Shown: positions 8,573 to 18,326 of the stretch, one piece after another
Layout of the letters: every line of letters starts with the position of its first letter
Numbering within the stretch: position 1 is the stretch's first letter
NCBI GenBank assembly: GCA_964343315.1
Contig: CAYFJA010000002.1
Location: 1 to 61,924, forward strand
Origin: an uncultured Nitrososphaerales archaeon
GTDB taxonomy: Archaea; Thermoproteota; Nitrososphaeria; Conexivisphaerales; UBA164
DNA length: 61,924 bases
Direction: 5' to 3'
Notes under the pieces: generated by a model
Seen by the model: only the letters and a program-made list of their open reading frames with translations
The model's database searches: none
Told to the model about the DNA's origin: nothing
Made by a program: the position numbers and the translations under genes

Positions 8573-9624
8573 AAGCTTTGATAGAATCGAGGATAAAGAA
8601 GCTTTCTGACGAAATAAGCAAAGAGGGATGCGATGGTTACATAGCAACGAGAGCTCATAACATTTTTTACTTTACTGGGTTTTGGGGGTCAGGCTACTTT
8701 CTTTTAAAAGGCGAAAGAGCAAAGCTGTTAACCTCTGTGCTGGAACTAGACAGAGCAGCAAGATCATCCTCTGTCCCCGTTGAGAAGATTAGCAAGAGCA
8801 TAGCAGAAGAAATAGAATCTTTCTTTGGACAGAGCAAGGTTTGTATTGATGAATCTTTTGCTTCAACATACATCCAGCTATCTGAAAAAATCTCATTAAA
8901 AAGGTCTTTAGCCGCTGAAAGGCTTAGGGAAGTAAAGGATTCAGAAGAGAAAAGCGCTTTAGCCGAAGGAGGCAAGATCATGGACTTGGTTTTTGAAAAA
9001 GCGTTGGTAAAGATAAAGGAAAATATTTCTGAAAGAGAGCTTTACTCAGAAATTGTCAAAGAAATAATTAGCCTTGGCGCGGACGTAATACCTTACGAGG
9101 ATACAATTGGAACAGAAATAGTTGCATTCGGCCCAAACACTGCGTATCCGCACTATTCGCCCCCAGGGGACTATAAGCTAAAACCTGGCGATCCGATTCT
9201 TTTGGACCTTACTTTAAGATTTAAAGGATACATAGTGGATTTTACGAGGACGGTTTTTTATAAAAGCGCTAGCGAAAAGCAAAAAGAAGTTTACTACAAA
9301 GTTAAGGAGGCGCAGGAGCTCGGGATCAAGATGCTGAAGCCCGGGGTAAAAGCTAAAGACTTAGACTTAGCTGTGAGGGAGTTCTTTAAAGAAGAAAAAG
9401 ATAGGTTTGTTCATTCGTTGGGACACGGAATAGGGTTGGAAGTTCATGAGCTACCTTATATATCCTCGCGGAGCGAGGATGCTGTAAAAGAAGGAAGCGC
9501 TGTTACTATCGAGCCCGGGCTCTATTATCCTGGGTTTTTGGGCGTAAGGATCGAAGATTCCTTGATCGTTGAGAGCGAGCCCAAAAACCTGTTTAAAGCA
9601 ACAAAAGATCTTTTAATTGTTTAA
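8569..9624 (+). CDS. M24-family Xaa-Pro dipeptidase/aminopeptidase
   Basis: Pita-bread fold metal ligands: DFTRT, HSLGHGIGLEVHE, TIEPGLY, RIED. Confidence 0.85.
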   Translation: MKALIESRIKKLSDEISKEGCDGYIATRAHNIFYFTGFWGSGYFLLKGERAKLLTSVLELDRAARSSSVPVEKISKSIAEEIESFFGQSKVCIDESFASTYIQLSEKISLKRSLAAERLREVKDSEEKSALAEGGKIMDLVFEKALVKIKENISERELYSEIVKEIISLGADVIPYEDTIGTEIVAFGPNTAYPHYSPPGDYKLKPGDPILLDLTLRFKGYIVDFTRTVFYKSASEKQKEVYYKVKEAQELGIKMLKPGVKAKDLDLAVREFFKEEKDRFVHSLGHGIGLEVHELPYISSRSEDAVKEGSAVTIEPGLYYPGFLGVRIEDSLIVESEPKNLFKATKDLLIV

Positions 9625-9626
9625 TT

Positions 9627-11078
9627 TCACTTAAAGAACCTCTTTGTGTTTCCTAGGGTTTTATAATCTATGTCCTTTACGTTAACTAAGAACGGAAGGT
9701 AGTTGGCCACCTTACCTATAACCAAACATTTCCTAGGGGAGAGCGATCTAACTATATTCTTTATCGTGTCAGCATCTACCGTTGAAGCCTGTGAAATCAT
9801 TTCCAAGTCTTTTTCGTTTACGAAGTTAAAAAGAAAAATGTTGTCAGCCTGCCTGTACACTGTTGGATCGAGCGAATCCGGCTGGTTTGTGATAAAAGTA
9901 ATATAAATTCCAAAGTGCCTCATTCTAGTTATGGCATCTTCCCAGTAAGTTTGATCAAAGTAAAGGTGAGCTTCCTCTGCAAAAACAAAAACTGGGGGTA
10001 TTTCATTTTCCTCTAAGAGATCTATGAGCTTTGAAAGCATTATCTGGACCAAAATCCTCCTTGCTAAAGGCGAGATCTTAGCCATTTCTAAAAGGAAGGC
10101 TGCTCCCTTAGGCTTGCTGCTTATGTTACCCTTAATATCAAAGTTAACGTAATCAGAATTTGTGAAAAGCTTAGATGATAAGAGTGAATAATACCTAGAG
10201 ATCAAAGCCTCTTTAACCATTTCGTTGCTGTTATAATTCGTTATCTTCTGGTAGAGGTTTCTGAGAGATATGTCTGATTCTTCGCTCATGGCATCCCAAA
10301 TCTTTAAGAACTCCCTAACCGTTATTGCCGGTGTGTCTAGCGCGTGAGTTAAAATCTCCGTAAAAACCCTTTTCCCGATGTACTTCAGCGTAAAAACTAA
10401 GTTATTTCCTGGCTCAAGTATAAGCGTTCTATCGTAAACGTCAGAAAAATCTCCTTTCTTGTTGTAAATTATTCCATTGTATTCGTTATTCAGATCAAAA
10501 ACAAAAACGTACGCTCCGAGTTTAACCAGTTCCGTTAACAACAGCTTAGCTAAGTGAGACTTTCCGGATTCTTTTTTGCCGGTAATTATCGTTAGAGAGC
10601 CGTCCAAGTCTTCAGCCGCTATTACAGCTTTTTCGCCCGTCGAAGTGTAGCCAATCTCTATCGGGTAAGCCGGCGTTTTCTGAATGTATTTGCTAACTTC
10701 GCTGAGCCCAACCTTTCTTATGGAGCTAAAAACTCTGCTGGGAGGCCAAACTATTTCGTTAGTAAATCTGTTTTCTATTATGCTTCCTCTAATCTTGCAT
10801 TTCAGAAGCCTAGCGTCCTTTATCAGGATTAGAAGGGAACTTACGTTGTTTGGATCTATGTGCGTTATTTTTTCTGAAGAAAAAACTTCATCCCTAAGTA
10901 TTTCTTCATCTATCCCTGTAGGATCTAAGTAGCTTACTTCGTAAACTTGAGTTAAGAGCTTATTGCCGCTGGTTTCGTCCTCAATAATCAGGTATTCTCC
11001 TCTATCTACTTTCTCATTCGGAAGCGCTATTATTTTAATTTCGTCCCCTGACTTTGACAATATTCTCATGCTTTTCAC
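9627..11078 (-). CDS. herA: HerA-like (DUF87/FtsK-HerA superfamily) hexameric ATPase
   Basis: N-terminal HAS-barrel-like segment, Walker A ITGKKESGKSHL, Walker B VFVFAEEAH, ~480 aa. The GTG start overlaps the stop of the upstream NurA gene (GTGA); an ATG lies 9 nt downstream. Confidence 0.7.
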   Translation of the reverse strand: MKSMRILSKSGDEIKIIALPNEKVDRGEYLIIEDETSGNKLLTQVYEVSYLDPTGIDEEILRDEVFSSEKITHIDPNNVSSLLILIKDARLLKCKIRGSIIENRFTNEIVWPPSRVFSSIRKVGLSEVSKYIQKTPAYPIEIGYTSTGEKAVIAAEDLDGSLTIITGKKESGKSHLAKLLLTELVKLGAYVFVFDLNNEYNGIIYNKKGDFSDVYDRTLILEPGNNLVFTLKYIGKRVFTEILTHALDTPAITVREFLKIWDAMSEESDISLRNLYQKITNYNSNEMVKEALISRYYSLLSSKLFTNSDYVNFDIKGNISSKPKGAAFLLEMAKISPLARRILVQIMLSKLIDLLEENEIPPVFVFAEEAHLYFDQTYWEDAITRMRHFGIYITFITNQPDSLDPTVYRQADNIFLFNFVNEKDLEMISQASTVDADTIKNIVRSLSPRKCLVIGKVANYLPFLVNVKDIDYKTLGNTKRFFK

Positions 11079-12109
11079 CTCACGTAACCGAGGAGAAACT
11101 TCCTCATGTTTTCATCGTAAAGTATTTTTGAAGCATTTTGAGCAACCAAAGCCTTTATTCCCTGAACTTCGCTGGAGACAAAAAGAGAAAGCAAATGAGC
11201 TCCTATCAGGCTTTCTGGGTAACCTTTTACGAGCTTATCAGACTTTATAAGGCTTGAAAAGCATTCATCCGGATCCCCGTTATAGATGTCTGCCCTAAGA
11301 ACTATTGACCCTGGGTCCAGCTTAACCAAAAATTTTCTGCCGATTTCGTTTTTTGATATGTTGTTTATCAGTTCGGTTATCTCTAAGTACCTGAGCTTGT
11401 TATCGTAAAAAGAATTGTATAAAGACCTCAAGGCTTTTAAGCTGCTTGTCTTGCTTATTCCGATAAAGGTGACCCTATCCTTGTATTTCTCCATGATATA
11501 CCCTAAATCTAACCTCCCCAAATAAAACGGGGGCTCTTTGAGAGAGCCGTCAACTAAGGCTATACCGCTGCCTATTTCATTTATCAACATTTCAAAAAGC
11601 ATGTTTTCAATAACGTGCCTTGCGAACTTTAAAGCGAGCTGTTTATCTATTACAACGCTGTAACCCAGCCTTCCGCCTATTACGGCTTCGATCTTTTTTA
11701 TGTTGCTTATTCCTAAGTATATAGCTATAGGGCCAAACTTTTTTAGAGTGACTTCCCTATTTTTTATTATATAGGCCCCACCCTTAACTGCATAGATTCC
11801 TCCTTCTTCTGTCTCTGCTATTGATGTTGAACTGGAATCAACAGCAACTATATTCCTAACTGATCCTTTTTCGAGGTTTATTTCGTTAGCTAAAGCTTTA
11901 GTGGGCGTTTCCCAACCTTCTATAGGCCTGAATTCCCCAATAGAATCGTCAGTAAATATGATCTGCTTGCCCCTTATGTTTGAAATATCCAAAATTTCAT
12001 TGAATAAGCTATTGAATATAATTTCGTCATCTACATATTCGTAAAGGCTCCTCATATTATTAGAAAGGTTTATTTGTTTGGCCAACTTGATCAACAATAG
12101 GTTAAACAA
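11075..12109 (-). CDS. nurA: NurA-domain nuclease
   Basis: NurA acidic motifs VAVDSSS and ALVDGSL, and operon pairing with HerA. The true start is probably Met19 (MRSLYEYV, about 12055), because 12109 lies only 12 bp from the divergent gene. Confidence 0.65.
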   Translation of the reverse strand: MFNLLLIKLAKQINLSNNMRSLYEYVDDEIIFNSLFNEILDISNIRGKQIIFTDDSIGEFRPIEGWETPTKALANEINLEKGSVRNIVAVDSSSTSIAETEEGGIYAVKGGAYIIKNREVTLKKFGPIAIYLGISNIKKIEAVIGGRLGYSVVIDKQLALKFARHVIENMLFEMLINEIGSGIALVDGSLKEPPFYLGRLDLGYIMEKYKDRVTFIGISKTSSLKALRSLYNSFYDNKLRYLEITELINNISKNEIGRKFLVKLDPGSIVLRADIYNGDPDECFSSLIKSDKLVKGYPESLIGAHLLSLFVSSEVQGIKALVAQNASKILYDENMRKFLLGYVR

Positions 12110-12121
12110 GGTAGGATATAA

Positions 12122-12520
12122 ATGTTGCGCAATTTGGACAACAATAACACCAACAATATAAAGATAAAGCTAAAGAAAGGAGATTGGGAAATAGAGGTGG
12201 AATGCCCTGAGGACAAGATAAACGAAATCATACCAAAAATTTTAGCCTCAATACCTATTCAACAACAAGAACAACAACAAGCAAGGGAGTCAATAAGAAA
12301 GGGAGTTACCTGCAAAGACCTTTTGGTCCAGCTTTGGAAAGAGGGTTGGTTTGCGCAGGAAAGAGAGCTTTATGAAGTTGACGAAGAGCTTCAAAGAAGG
12401 GGTTACCATTATGATAGGTCGGCAATTGCGCATGCTCTTACAGATTTGGTTAGAGAAGGTGTACTGAGCAGAAGCGGTAGCCCAAGGAGCTATAAATATT
12501 CGCAAAAATACCCACCCTAG
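12122..12520 (+). CDS. Hypothetical protein with a small N-terminal beta domain, a Q-rich linker and a C-terminal winged-helix-like domain
   Basis: QQQEQQQ linker; C-terminal YDRSAIAHALTDLVREGVLSRSGSPRSYKY looks like a recognition helix plus wing. Divergent from nurA-herA. Confidence 0.45.
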   Translation: MLRNLDNNNTNNIKIKLKKGDWEIEVECPEDKINEIIPKILASIPIQQQEQQQARESIRKGVTCKDLLVQLWKEGWFAQERELYEVDEELQRRGYHYDRSAIAHALTDLVREGVLSRSGSPRSYKYSQKYPP

Positions 12521-12585
12521 ACAATTTTGGCTATATGTTTTAAAAAAGTTTTTAAAAAGAAATTACAAAAATAATAGCGTAAAAG

Positions 12586-13059
12586 TTGAGTTCAAACGTA
12601 ATACATCCGTCCACAAGGGTTGCTGACCTTTTAGGGCTTCTTTTAGTTTTAAAGAACGAGTTTGGGGGCAAAACGGATTTGTTTGAGCTTGAGGAAAGGT
12701 TAGAAGTAGATCTAGACGACTTCATGCCTATAGTTTACACAGCTAACGAGCTCGGCTTTGTAACGATAGGAGTGGGGGATATCATAATAACTGACAAAGG
12801 GCTGGAGTTCTTGGACTCTAACCTTAAGAGAAGGAAGGAAATAATAAAAGAGTCTTTAAAGATGATCGAGCCTTTTAAAACCGCGGCAGAACTTAAAGTT
12901 TTCACCATAGAGAGCTTGAACAAGGCTCTGCTTAAAAAAGGAATAGCTGACTTCAACTCTGCTGAAGGCAGGCATAACTTGGAGCTTTTGCTTAACGAAT
13001 GGGGGATTTATTCTGGATTTTTAACAATAAAAGACAACAAATACGTCGTAAACGCATAG
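12586..13059 (+). CDS. Stand-alone protein resembling the C-terminal AAA-associated domain of NitT/TauT-type ABC ATPases
   Basis: LLGLLLVLKNEFGGKTDLFELEERLEVDLDDFMPIVYTANELGFVTIGVGDIIITDKGLEF matches my memory of that domain family. TTG start. Confidence 0.45.
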   Translation: MSSNVIHPSTRVADLLGLLLVLKNEFGGKTDLFELEERLEVDLDDFMPIVYTANELGFVTIGVGDIIITDKGLEFLDSNLKRRKEIIKESLKMIEPFKTAAELKVFTIESLNKALLKKGIADFNSAEGRHNLELLLNEWGIYSGFLTIKDNKYVVNA

Positions 13060-13107
13060 GTTTTTATAACAAACTACTTAAATATAGTATTCGTATAGTT
13101 AAAATAC

Positions 13108-14928
13108 GTGTGCAGAATATTTGCTGCAGCCCTTAAAGAGGGCAGGGTCAGCCCAATACTGAAGGCCGGACTTAAAAGGTTAGAGTACGGAGGCTATGAC
13201 TCAGCAGGTATGGCTACTACGATAGATGGGAGGCTGGAGATCAAAAAAGGCGTAGGAAAGATAGATGATGTTGATAAAGCAGTTAATTTTGAAGCTTTGG
13301 AAGGTAAAGTTGGGATAGCACACAACAGATGGGCGACTCACGGCTATCCTACAGTTACCAACGCTCACCCCCTTACTGATTGCACTGGCAATATAGCAGT
13401 TGTTCACAACGGCGTGATTGAGAATTTCTTAGAGATAAAACAGGAGCTTGAGATGAAAGGTCATGAATTCAAGTCTAGAACGGACACGGAAGTTGTTGCT
13501 CACTTGATAGAAGAAGAGCTGAAAGAAGGGAAAAGCTTTGTTCAGGCATCTTTTGCAGCCGCGAAGAAGCTAAGGGGTTCTTACGCTCTTGCTGTTCTGT
13601 ACGCTAAAGAACCCGATACTATTGTTCTTATAAAAAACGAGAGCCCGCTTTATATAGGAATAGGGAAAAACGGGAATTTTGCGGCCTCTGACCCAGTTGC
13701 GTTTGCAGATCAAGCCAATTTGATGATACCTCTGGAAGATAAGGAGCTTGCATTTATAACTCCGCATGAATATAGAATATATTCGATTGAAACTGAAAAA
13801 GAGATCGTTAAGCAGCCGATGAGCTTAAACTTAACGCCTCAGATGATCGAAAAGGGTGGGTTTCCCCACTACATGCTAAAGGAGATATTTGAGCAACCAG
13901 TTTCCTTGGAGTACACTAGGAACGTGCAGAGACCTTACCTAGAAGCAGCCGCAGAAATAATGAGCAGGTCAAAAGTGAACTTTTTGATAGGTGCGGGGAC
14001 CTCATATCATTCGTGCTTAGCTGGAAGCTATATGTATTCTAAATTAGCTGGATTGGCTACAATTCCTGTGATAGCAAGTGAGTTCATTCAGCAGTACGGA
14101 AACGTCCTTGATCCTGACACATCGCTTTTGTTAGTTTCTCAATCTGGCGAAACTGCTGACGTGCTGAAGGTTGCAAGCTACGCTAGGATGAAGGCAAGCA
14201 CAGTCATGGCTATAACAAACGTCGTAAGTTCTACAATTACGAGGCTTTCTAGGCTTTATATAGTTCAACAGGCTGGACCTGAGATCGGCGTTGCGGCTAC
14301 AAAAACCTACACTTCACAGCTTTTGGTTCACCTACTCTTAGCCCTGGAGATAGGTAAAAGAAGGGGAAAGATAAGCCAGAAAGATTACGATGAATATTAT
14401 TCAAAGATAAAGGCTATACCAAAGCTAGCAGAACAGGTTCTTAAATCGACTGAAGAAAAGGTTAAGGAGCTGGCAAAAGAGCTAAAGGACTCAACTCATA
14501 TATTTTACCTTGGAAGAGGAATAAACACGGCTACAGCTTATGAAGGAAGGCTTAAAATGCTCGAAGTAGCCTACATACCTTCAAGCGCGTTTTCTGCAGG
14601 AGAAAGCAAACATGGACCTATAGCCCTTATCGAGAAGAACACACCGGCCATATTTATTGCGCCTTCCGATGGGTCTAGGAAGGTGATTTTGGGGAACATA
14701 ATGGAGCTGAAATCTAGGGGCGCAAGGATAATTACATTAGGCGAAGAAAAGGATAGGGAGCTTAAAGAGGTATCTGACTTTTACGTAGATATGCCTGAAG
14801 TCGATGAGCTTCTTACGCCAATAGTATATGTGCTCCCTCTCCAGCTTCTCGCTTATTACACAGCTGTTTTAAAAGGGCTTGATCCAGATAAGCCCAGAAA
14901 CTTAGCTAAATCGGTTACTGTAGAATAA
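13108..14928 (+). CDS. glmS: Glutamine--fructose-6-phosphate aminotransferase (isomerising)
   Basis: GTG-Cys N-terminal nucleophile (MCRIFAA), the glutaminase motif HNRWATHG, two SIS domains, and a C-terminal NLAKSVTVE. Confidence 0.95.
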   Translation: MCRIFAAALKEGRVSPILKAGLKRLEYGGYDSAGMATTIDGRLEIKKGVGKIDDVDKAVNFEALEGKVGIAHNRWATHGYPTVTNAHPLTDCTGNIAVVHNGVIENFLEIKQELEMKGHEFKSRTDTEVVAHLIEEELKEGKSFVQASFAAAKKLRGSYALAVLYAKEPDTIVLIKNESPLYIGIGKNGNFAASDPVAFADQANLMIPLEDKELAFITPHEYRIYSIETEKEIVKQPMSLNLTPQMIEKGGFPHYMLKEIFEQPVSLEYTRNVQRPYLEAAAEIMSRSKVNFLIGAGTSYHSCLAGSYMYSKLAGLATIPVIASEFIQQYGNVLDPDTSLLLVSQSGETADVLKVASYARMKASTVMAITNVVSSTITRLSRLYIVQQAGPEIGVAATKTYTSQLLVHLLLALEIGKRRGKISQKDYDEYYSKIKAIPKLAEQVLKSTEEKVKELAKELKDSTHIFYLGRGINTATAYEGRLKMLEVAYIPSSAFSAGESKHGPIALIEKNTPAIFIAPSDGSRKVILGNIMELKSRGARIITLGEEKDRELKEVSDFYVDMPEVDELLTPIVYVLPLQLLAYYTAVLKGLDPDKPRNLAKSVTVE

Positions 14929-16179
14929 TTATATTTCCCTTATCTGCCCTTCCCCATAAATGATGTACTTGGTCGTAGTTAGCTCTTTTATCCCCATTGG
15001 CCCCCTTGCGTGGAGCTTTTGAGTGCTGATCCCAACCTCGGCGCCAAATCCAAACTGCTCGCCGTCTGTAAACCTTATCGATGCGTTTACATAGGTGCAA
15101 GCTGCGTCCACGTTCCAAGTAAAGTATTCAGCGTCCTTTAGGTTGTTCGTTATTATAGCTTCTGAATGCTTGGTGCCGTGTTCATTTATATGCTGAACGG
15201 CTTCCTCAACAGAGTCTACGACCTTTATTGCTATTGTTAGATCCATGTATTCCGTGTCCCAGTCTTCTTCTGTCGCCGGCTGAATTTCAGGGACTATCTT
15301 TCTTGCCTTTTCGTCGCCTTTGACCAAAACGTTATATTTCCTGAGCTCTTGGTAAAGCCTTGGGAGGTAAGCTTCAGCGATGTCTTTATGTATAAGGACC
15401 TTTCTGACAGCGTTGCACACAGCTGGCCTCTGAACTTTAGCGTTGATAATGATTCTGGTAGCCATGTCCAGGTCAGCGTCATAATTGACGAAGATGTGGT
15501 TGTTGCCTGCGCCTGTTTCTATTACTGGAACCGTTGCGTTTTTCCTTACGTATTCTATAAAGGAAGCGCTTCCTCTTGGTATTATGAGGTCTATATAATT
15601 ATTGAGCTTTATCATGCGGTCAACTATGCTCCTGTCAGTGTTTTCTATCAGTTGTATAGCTTCCTTATCAATTATTCCTTCTACGCTCTCCCTAAGAACC
15701 TTAACTATAGCCTTGTTTGAGTTTATAGCTTCCGATCCGCCCCTTAAGATCACTGCGTTTCCTGACTTAATCGCTAATCCAGCTATATCTATCGTAACGT
15801 TTGGCCTTGATTCATAAACTACCCCAATTACACCTAAGGGAACCCTAACTTTGTATATCCTTAGCCCATGAACGGTCTTCCATCCTTCTACAACTTCACC
15901 TATCGGATCGGGGAGCTGAGCTACTTTCCGCAACCCATCTGCGGCTGATTTCAGCCTTTTTTCATTTAGGATTAGCCTGTCGAGGAGTGGGTCTCCGGGA
16001 TTCTGCTTTTGAAAGTTTTTCACGTCTAGCTCATTGGCTTCTAAAATGTAATCTTTGTTTTTCATCAAGCCTTCGGCCATAGACTCTAGGGCTTTCCTTC
16101 TGACAGGATCAGTTGACCTAGACAAGCTGTACCAAGCCTTCTTAGCTAACTGAGCTTTCTCTATCAGCTCGTCGCCCAT
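14929..16179 (-). CDS. proA: Gamma-glutamyl phosphate reductase
   Basis: Aldehyde-dehydrogenase fold with ProA-type motifs (VYESRPNVT, catalytic CNAVRKVLIH, HGTKHSEAIIT, GPMGIKELTTTKYII). Confidence 0.9.
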   Translation of the reverse strand: MGDELIEKAQLAKKAWYSLSRSTDPVRRKALESMAEGLMKNKDYILEANELDVKNFQKQNPGDPLLDRLILNEKRLKSAADGLRKVAQLPDPIGEVVEGWKTVHGLRIYKVRVPLGVIGVVYESRPNVTIDIAGLAIKSGNAVILRGGSEAINSNKAIVKVLRESVEGIIDKEAIQLIENTDRSIVDRMIKLNNYIDLIIPRGSASFIEYVRKNATVPVIETGAGNNHIFVNYDADLDMATRIIINAKVQRPAVCNAVRKVLIHKDIAEAYLPRLYQELRKYNVLVKGDEKARKIVPEIQPATEEDWDTEYMDLTIAIKVVDSVEEAVQHINEHGTKHSEAIITNNLKDAEYFTWNVDAACTYVNASIRFTDGEQFGFGAEVGISTQKLHARGPMGIKELTTTKYIIYGEGQIREI

Positions 16180-16262
16180 ATATTAAAATGGGGAAATTAG
16201 GCTTAAATTTAAATGTTTTTAAGCTAAAAAGAAGCTATTCTTAAAAGAGGAGAAAATAGAAC

Positions 16263-17108
16263 ATGAGCGAAACGAAGTTCTTAGTTTACATTCCAGACTC
16301 AGTTATAAGCGAAAGACAGGGACTCATGAACAAAACTGAAAAGGTAGGTTTGATAGCAAGGGCTGCGGCCATTTTTGGCGTTGAGGAAGTTAACATATAT
16401 CACGACGAACTCCACGGAACCCATCAAGATTTAGAGCTGTTCGCTGAACTCTTGAACTACCTGCTAGTGCCTCCCTATTTGCGAAAGGTTGCTTTTCCCA
16501 TTAAAGAGGATTTCAAATATGTTGGAATGCTTCCTCCTTTAAACATCGAAAGCCATCTTATAACAAAAAAGGATAACATAAGGTTCGGCTACGTCATACA
16601 GAAAGAAGGGAAGTTTTACGTAGAGACCGGTTTAGAGGAACAGATAGAGCTAAACTCTTTTCAGGGTATAGAAAAAGGTTCAATTATACCAATCAAGATA
16701 ATAAAGGAGAAAGGTAAACTTTACGCTATCAAGCATCCTTTCCCTGGCTACTCTGGTTTTGAAATAAAAAAACACTATAGCTTGAAACAGGCGATAGACA
16801 AGGCTAGATCGAGCGGATGGCCGATAATATTTACATCAAAGGAAGGAAAACCGATATCCAAGGAATGGGATAGCCTAAAGTCAGCTTTTAAGGACAAGAA
16901 AAAGCTTAACGTATTTTTCGGTTCCCCAAAAAGGGGGCTGGAAGAGATGCTGGATGAAAAATACAAAGAATACGGCTATTGGCTTAACATGGTTGAAGGG
17001 CAAAAGGTAAAGAGCGTGAGAACGGAAGAAGCGTTATACATATGTCTGGGACAGCTAAATACTCTAGTCAGGCAGATTAACCCTGAAAACGTCCAAAGTA
17101 AAACCTAA
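16263..17108 (+). CDS. SPOUT-class putative RNA methyltransferase (DUF171 / C9orf114-like)
   Basis: The N-terminus LVYIPDSVISE...KVGLIARAAAIFGVEEVNIY and the ~280 aa size are typical of this family. Confidence 0.55.
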   Translation: MSETKFLVYIPDSVISERQGLMNKTEKVGLIARAAAIFGVEEVNIYHDELHGTHQDLELFAELLNYLLVPPYLRKVAFPIKEDFKYVGMLPPLNIESHLITKKDNIRFGYVIQKEGKFYVETGLEEQIELNSFQGIEKGSIIPIKIIKEKGKLYAIKHPFPGYSGFEIKKHYSLKQAIDKARSSGWPIIFTSKEGKPISKEWDSLKSAFKDKKKLNVFFGSPKRGLEEMLDEKYKEYGYWLNMVEGQKVKSVRTEEALYICLGQLNTLVRQINPENVQSKT

Positions 17109-18185
17109 AACATCTCCTGGTTTGAAAGGCTTTTCTAAAATTATCTTATCTTTTTCAGTTTCTCTTAAGCCAAATAAATTATAGAGGTTTATGCCGCTGT
17201 CAAACCTACCCATGCCGCAACACATTTCTTTTTCAAAGAAAACGCTACTGAAGAAAAAGCTCTTGATCCAGACCTTTTTGGACTCCCTGCCAACTATTTT
17301 AATTTTGTTCAGGCGCTCAAGGGTTTTTAAAGCCTCTTCGTCGCAACCATGCGATAGTTTAACGCAGAGCTTAGCGTCTATCGTAAACTGGGAGCTGAGC
17401 CTTAAGCCCCCTTTGATTTCGTAGAAGCTAACCATCCTAAAATTATTTGGCAAAAATTGATTTAAAATAAGAGGAGCAATTTTTCTTAACTTTATCGAGC
17501 TAAATATTAAATAAACGGGGTACCCATTTCCATAAAAATTAGCCTCAGACATATCCTTTAAAGGCCAAATGAGCTTTGGGACTGAAGCTTTTAAAAACGC
17601 TGGAAGCTCAAAGAGGAGCCATGATTCTAAAGATTCATCTTTTTCTTTCCCTGTCCAGGAACACGAAGGACATCCCTTACCGCCGCAAACCTTGCACGGT
17701 CCTGCTAAAAGCCTTGTGTTTCTCTCTTTTATGAAGCTTGCCTTAAATATTGCCTTTTTCTCGATTACGTACATAGACTTAGATCCAGAAGTAAAGTCTA
17801 AAATCAAATTGACGTCAGGGCTCGAGCTTACTTTAATCTTCAAACTTTTGCTCAGGCTTTTCCTTAATGAGTTGGCTAAAGCTTTTCTTAATGGTATATA
17901 ATCGGTAATGTCATTTTCCAAGACTATCTTTTCCTCAGTCTTTTCCAAATTTTCAGGCAACCTAACGCCAACGTTAAAGCTTCTTACTAAGTATTGCTTG
18001 AGCAAAGCCTTTGATTTTGAAATTATCTCTCTGTCAGACATTAGCCCGCCGCAAAGAGCGCAGGCCTTCCTGTTCTTTTTAGCTCTTTTGATGCTATTCA
18101 TGCTAGGATTTTTAACAAATCTTTTTAAACAATGGTCACAAGCTTTAAACGATTCCAAAAGCAGATCTTCAAGGTCTTCTTTCAT
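17064..18185 (-). CDS. pus10: Pus10-like tRNA pseudouridine synthase (divergent)
   Basis: N-terminal Zn-ribbon CDHCLKRF...CALCGG, a second Cys cluster CKVCGGKGCPSCSWTG, and a GNGYPVYL segment resembling the Pus10 GxGRPF core. Confidence 0.5.
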   Translation of the reverse strand: MKEDLEDLLLESFKACDHCLKRFVKNPSMNSIKRAKKNRKACALCGGLMSDREIISKSKALLKQYLVRSFNVGVRLPENLEKTEEKIVLENDITDYIPLRKALANSLRKSLSKSLKIKVSSSPDVNLILDFTSGSKSMYVIEKKAIFKASFIKERNTRLLAGPCKVCGGKGCPSCSWTGKEKDESLESWLLFELPAFLKASVPKLIWPLKDMSEANFYGNGYPVYLIFSSIKLRKIAPLILNQFLPNNFRMVSFYEIKGGLRLSSQFTIDAKLCVKLSHGCDEEALKTLERLNKIKIVGRESKKVWIKSFFFSSVFFEKEMCCGMGRFDSGINLYNLFGLRETEKDKIILEKPFKPGDVLGFTLDVFRVNLPD

Positions 18186-18326
18186 CCTTTCTCACGGTTT
18201 AACCTCAAGGTTTATCAAATTATTTATAGTATTGAACTATTAAAGGCTTACAAACGAAAAACATCGCTCCTTTAAAGAAAAATAAAAAGATAAACGTTAA
18301 TAGCATTTTTAAAAATAATTTAAACG

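Noticed and set aside
14915-15118. Minus-strand ORF 14915..15118, overlapping the proA 3' region in another frame
   Set aside because: It sits inside proA in an alternative frame, is Arg/Trp-rich, and has no motif. It is a frame shadow.
14929-16179. proA without adjacent proB/proC as an anomaly
   Set aside because: Pathway partners can be encoded elsewhere. Nothing in the window itself indicates an unusual function.
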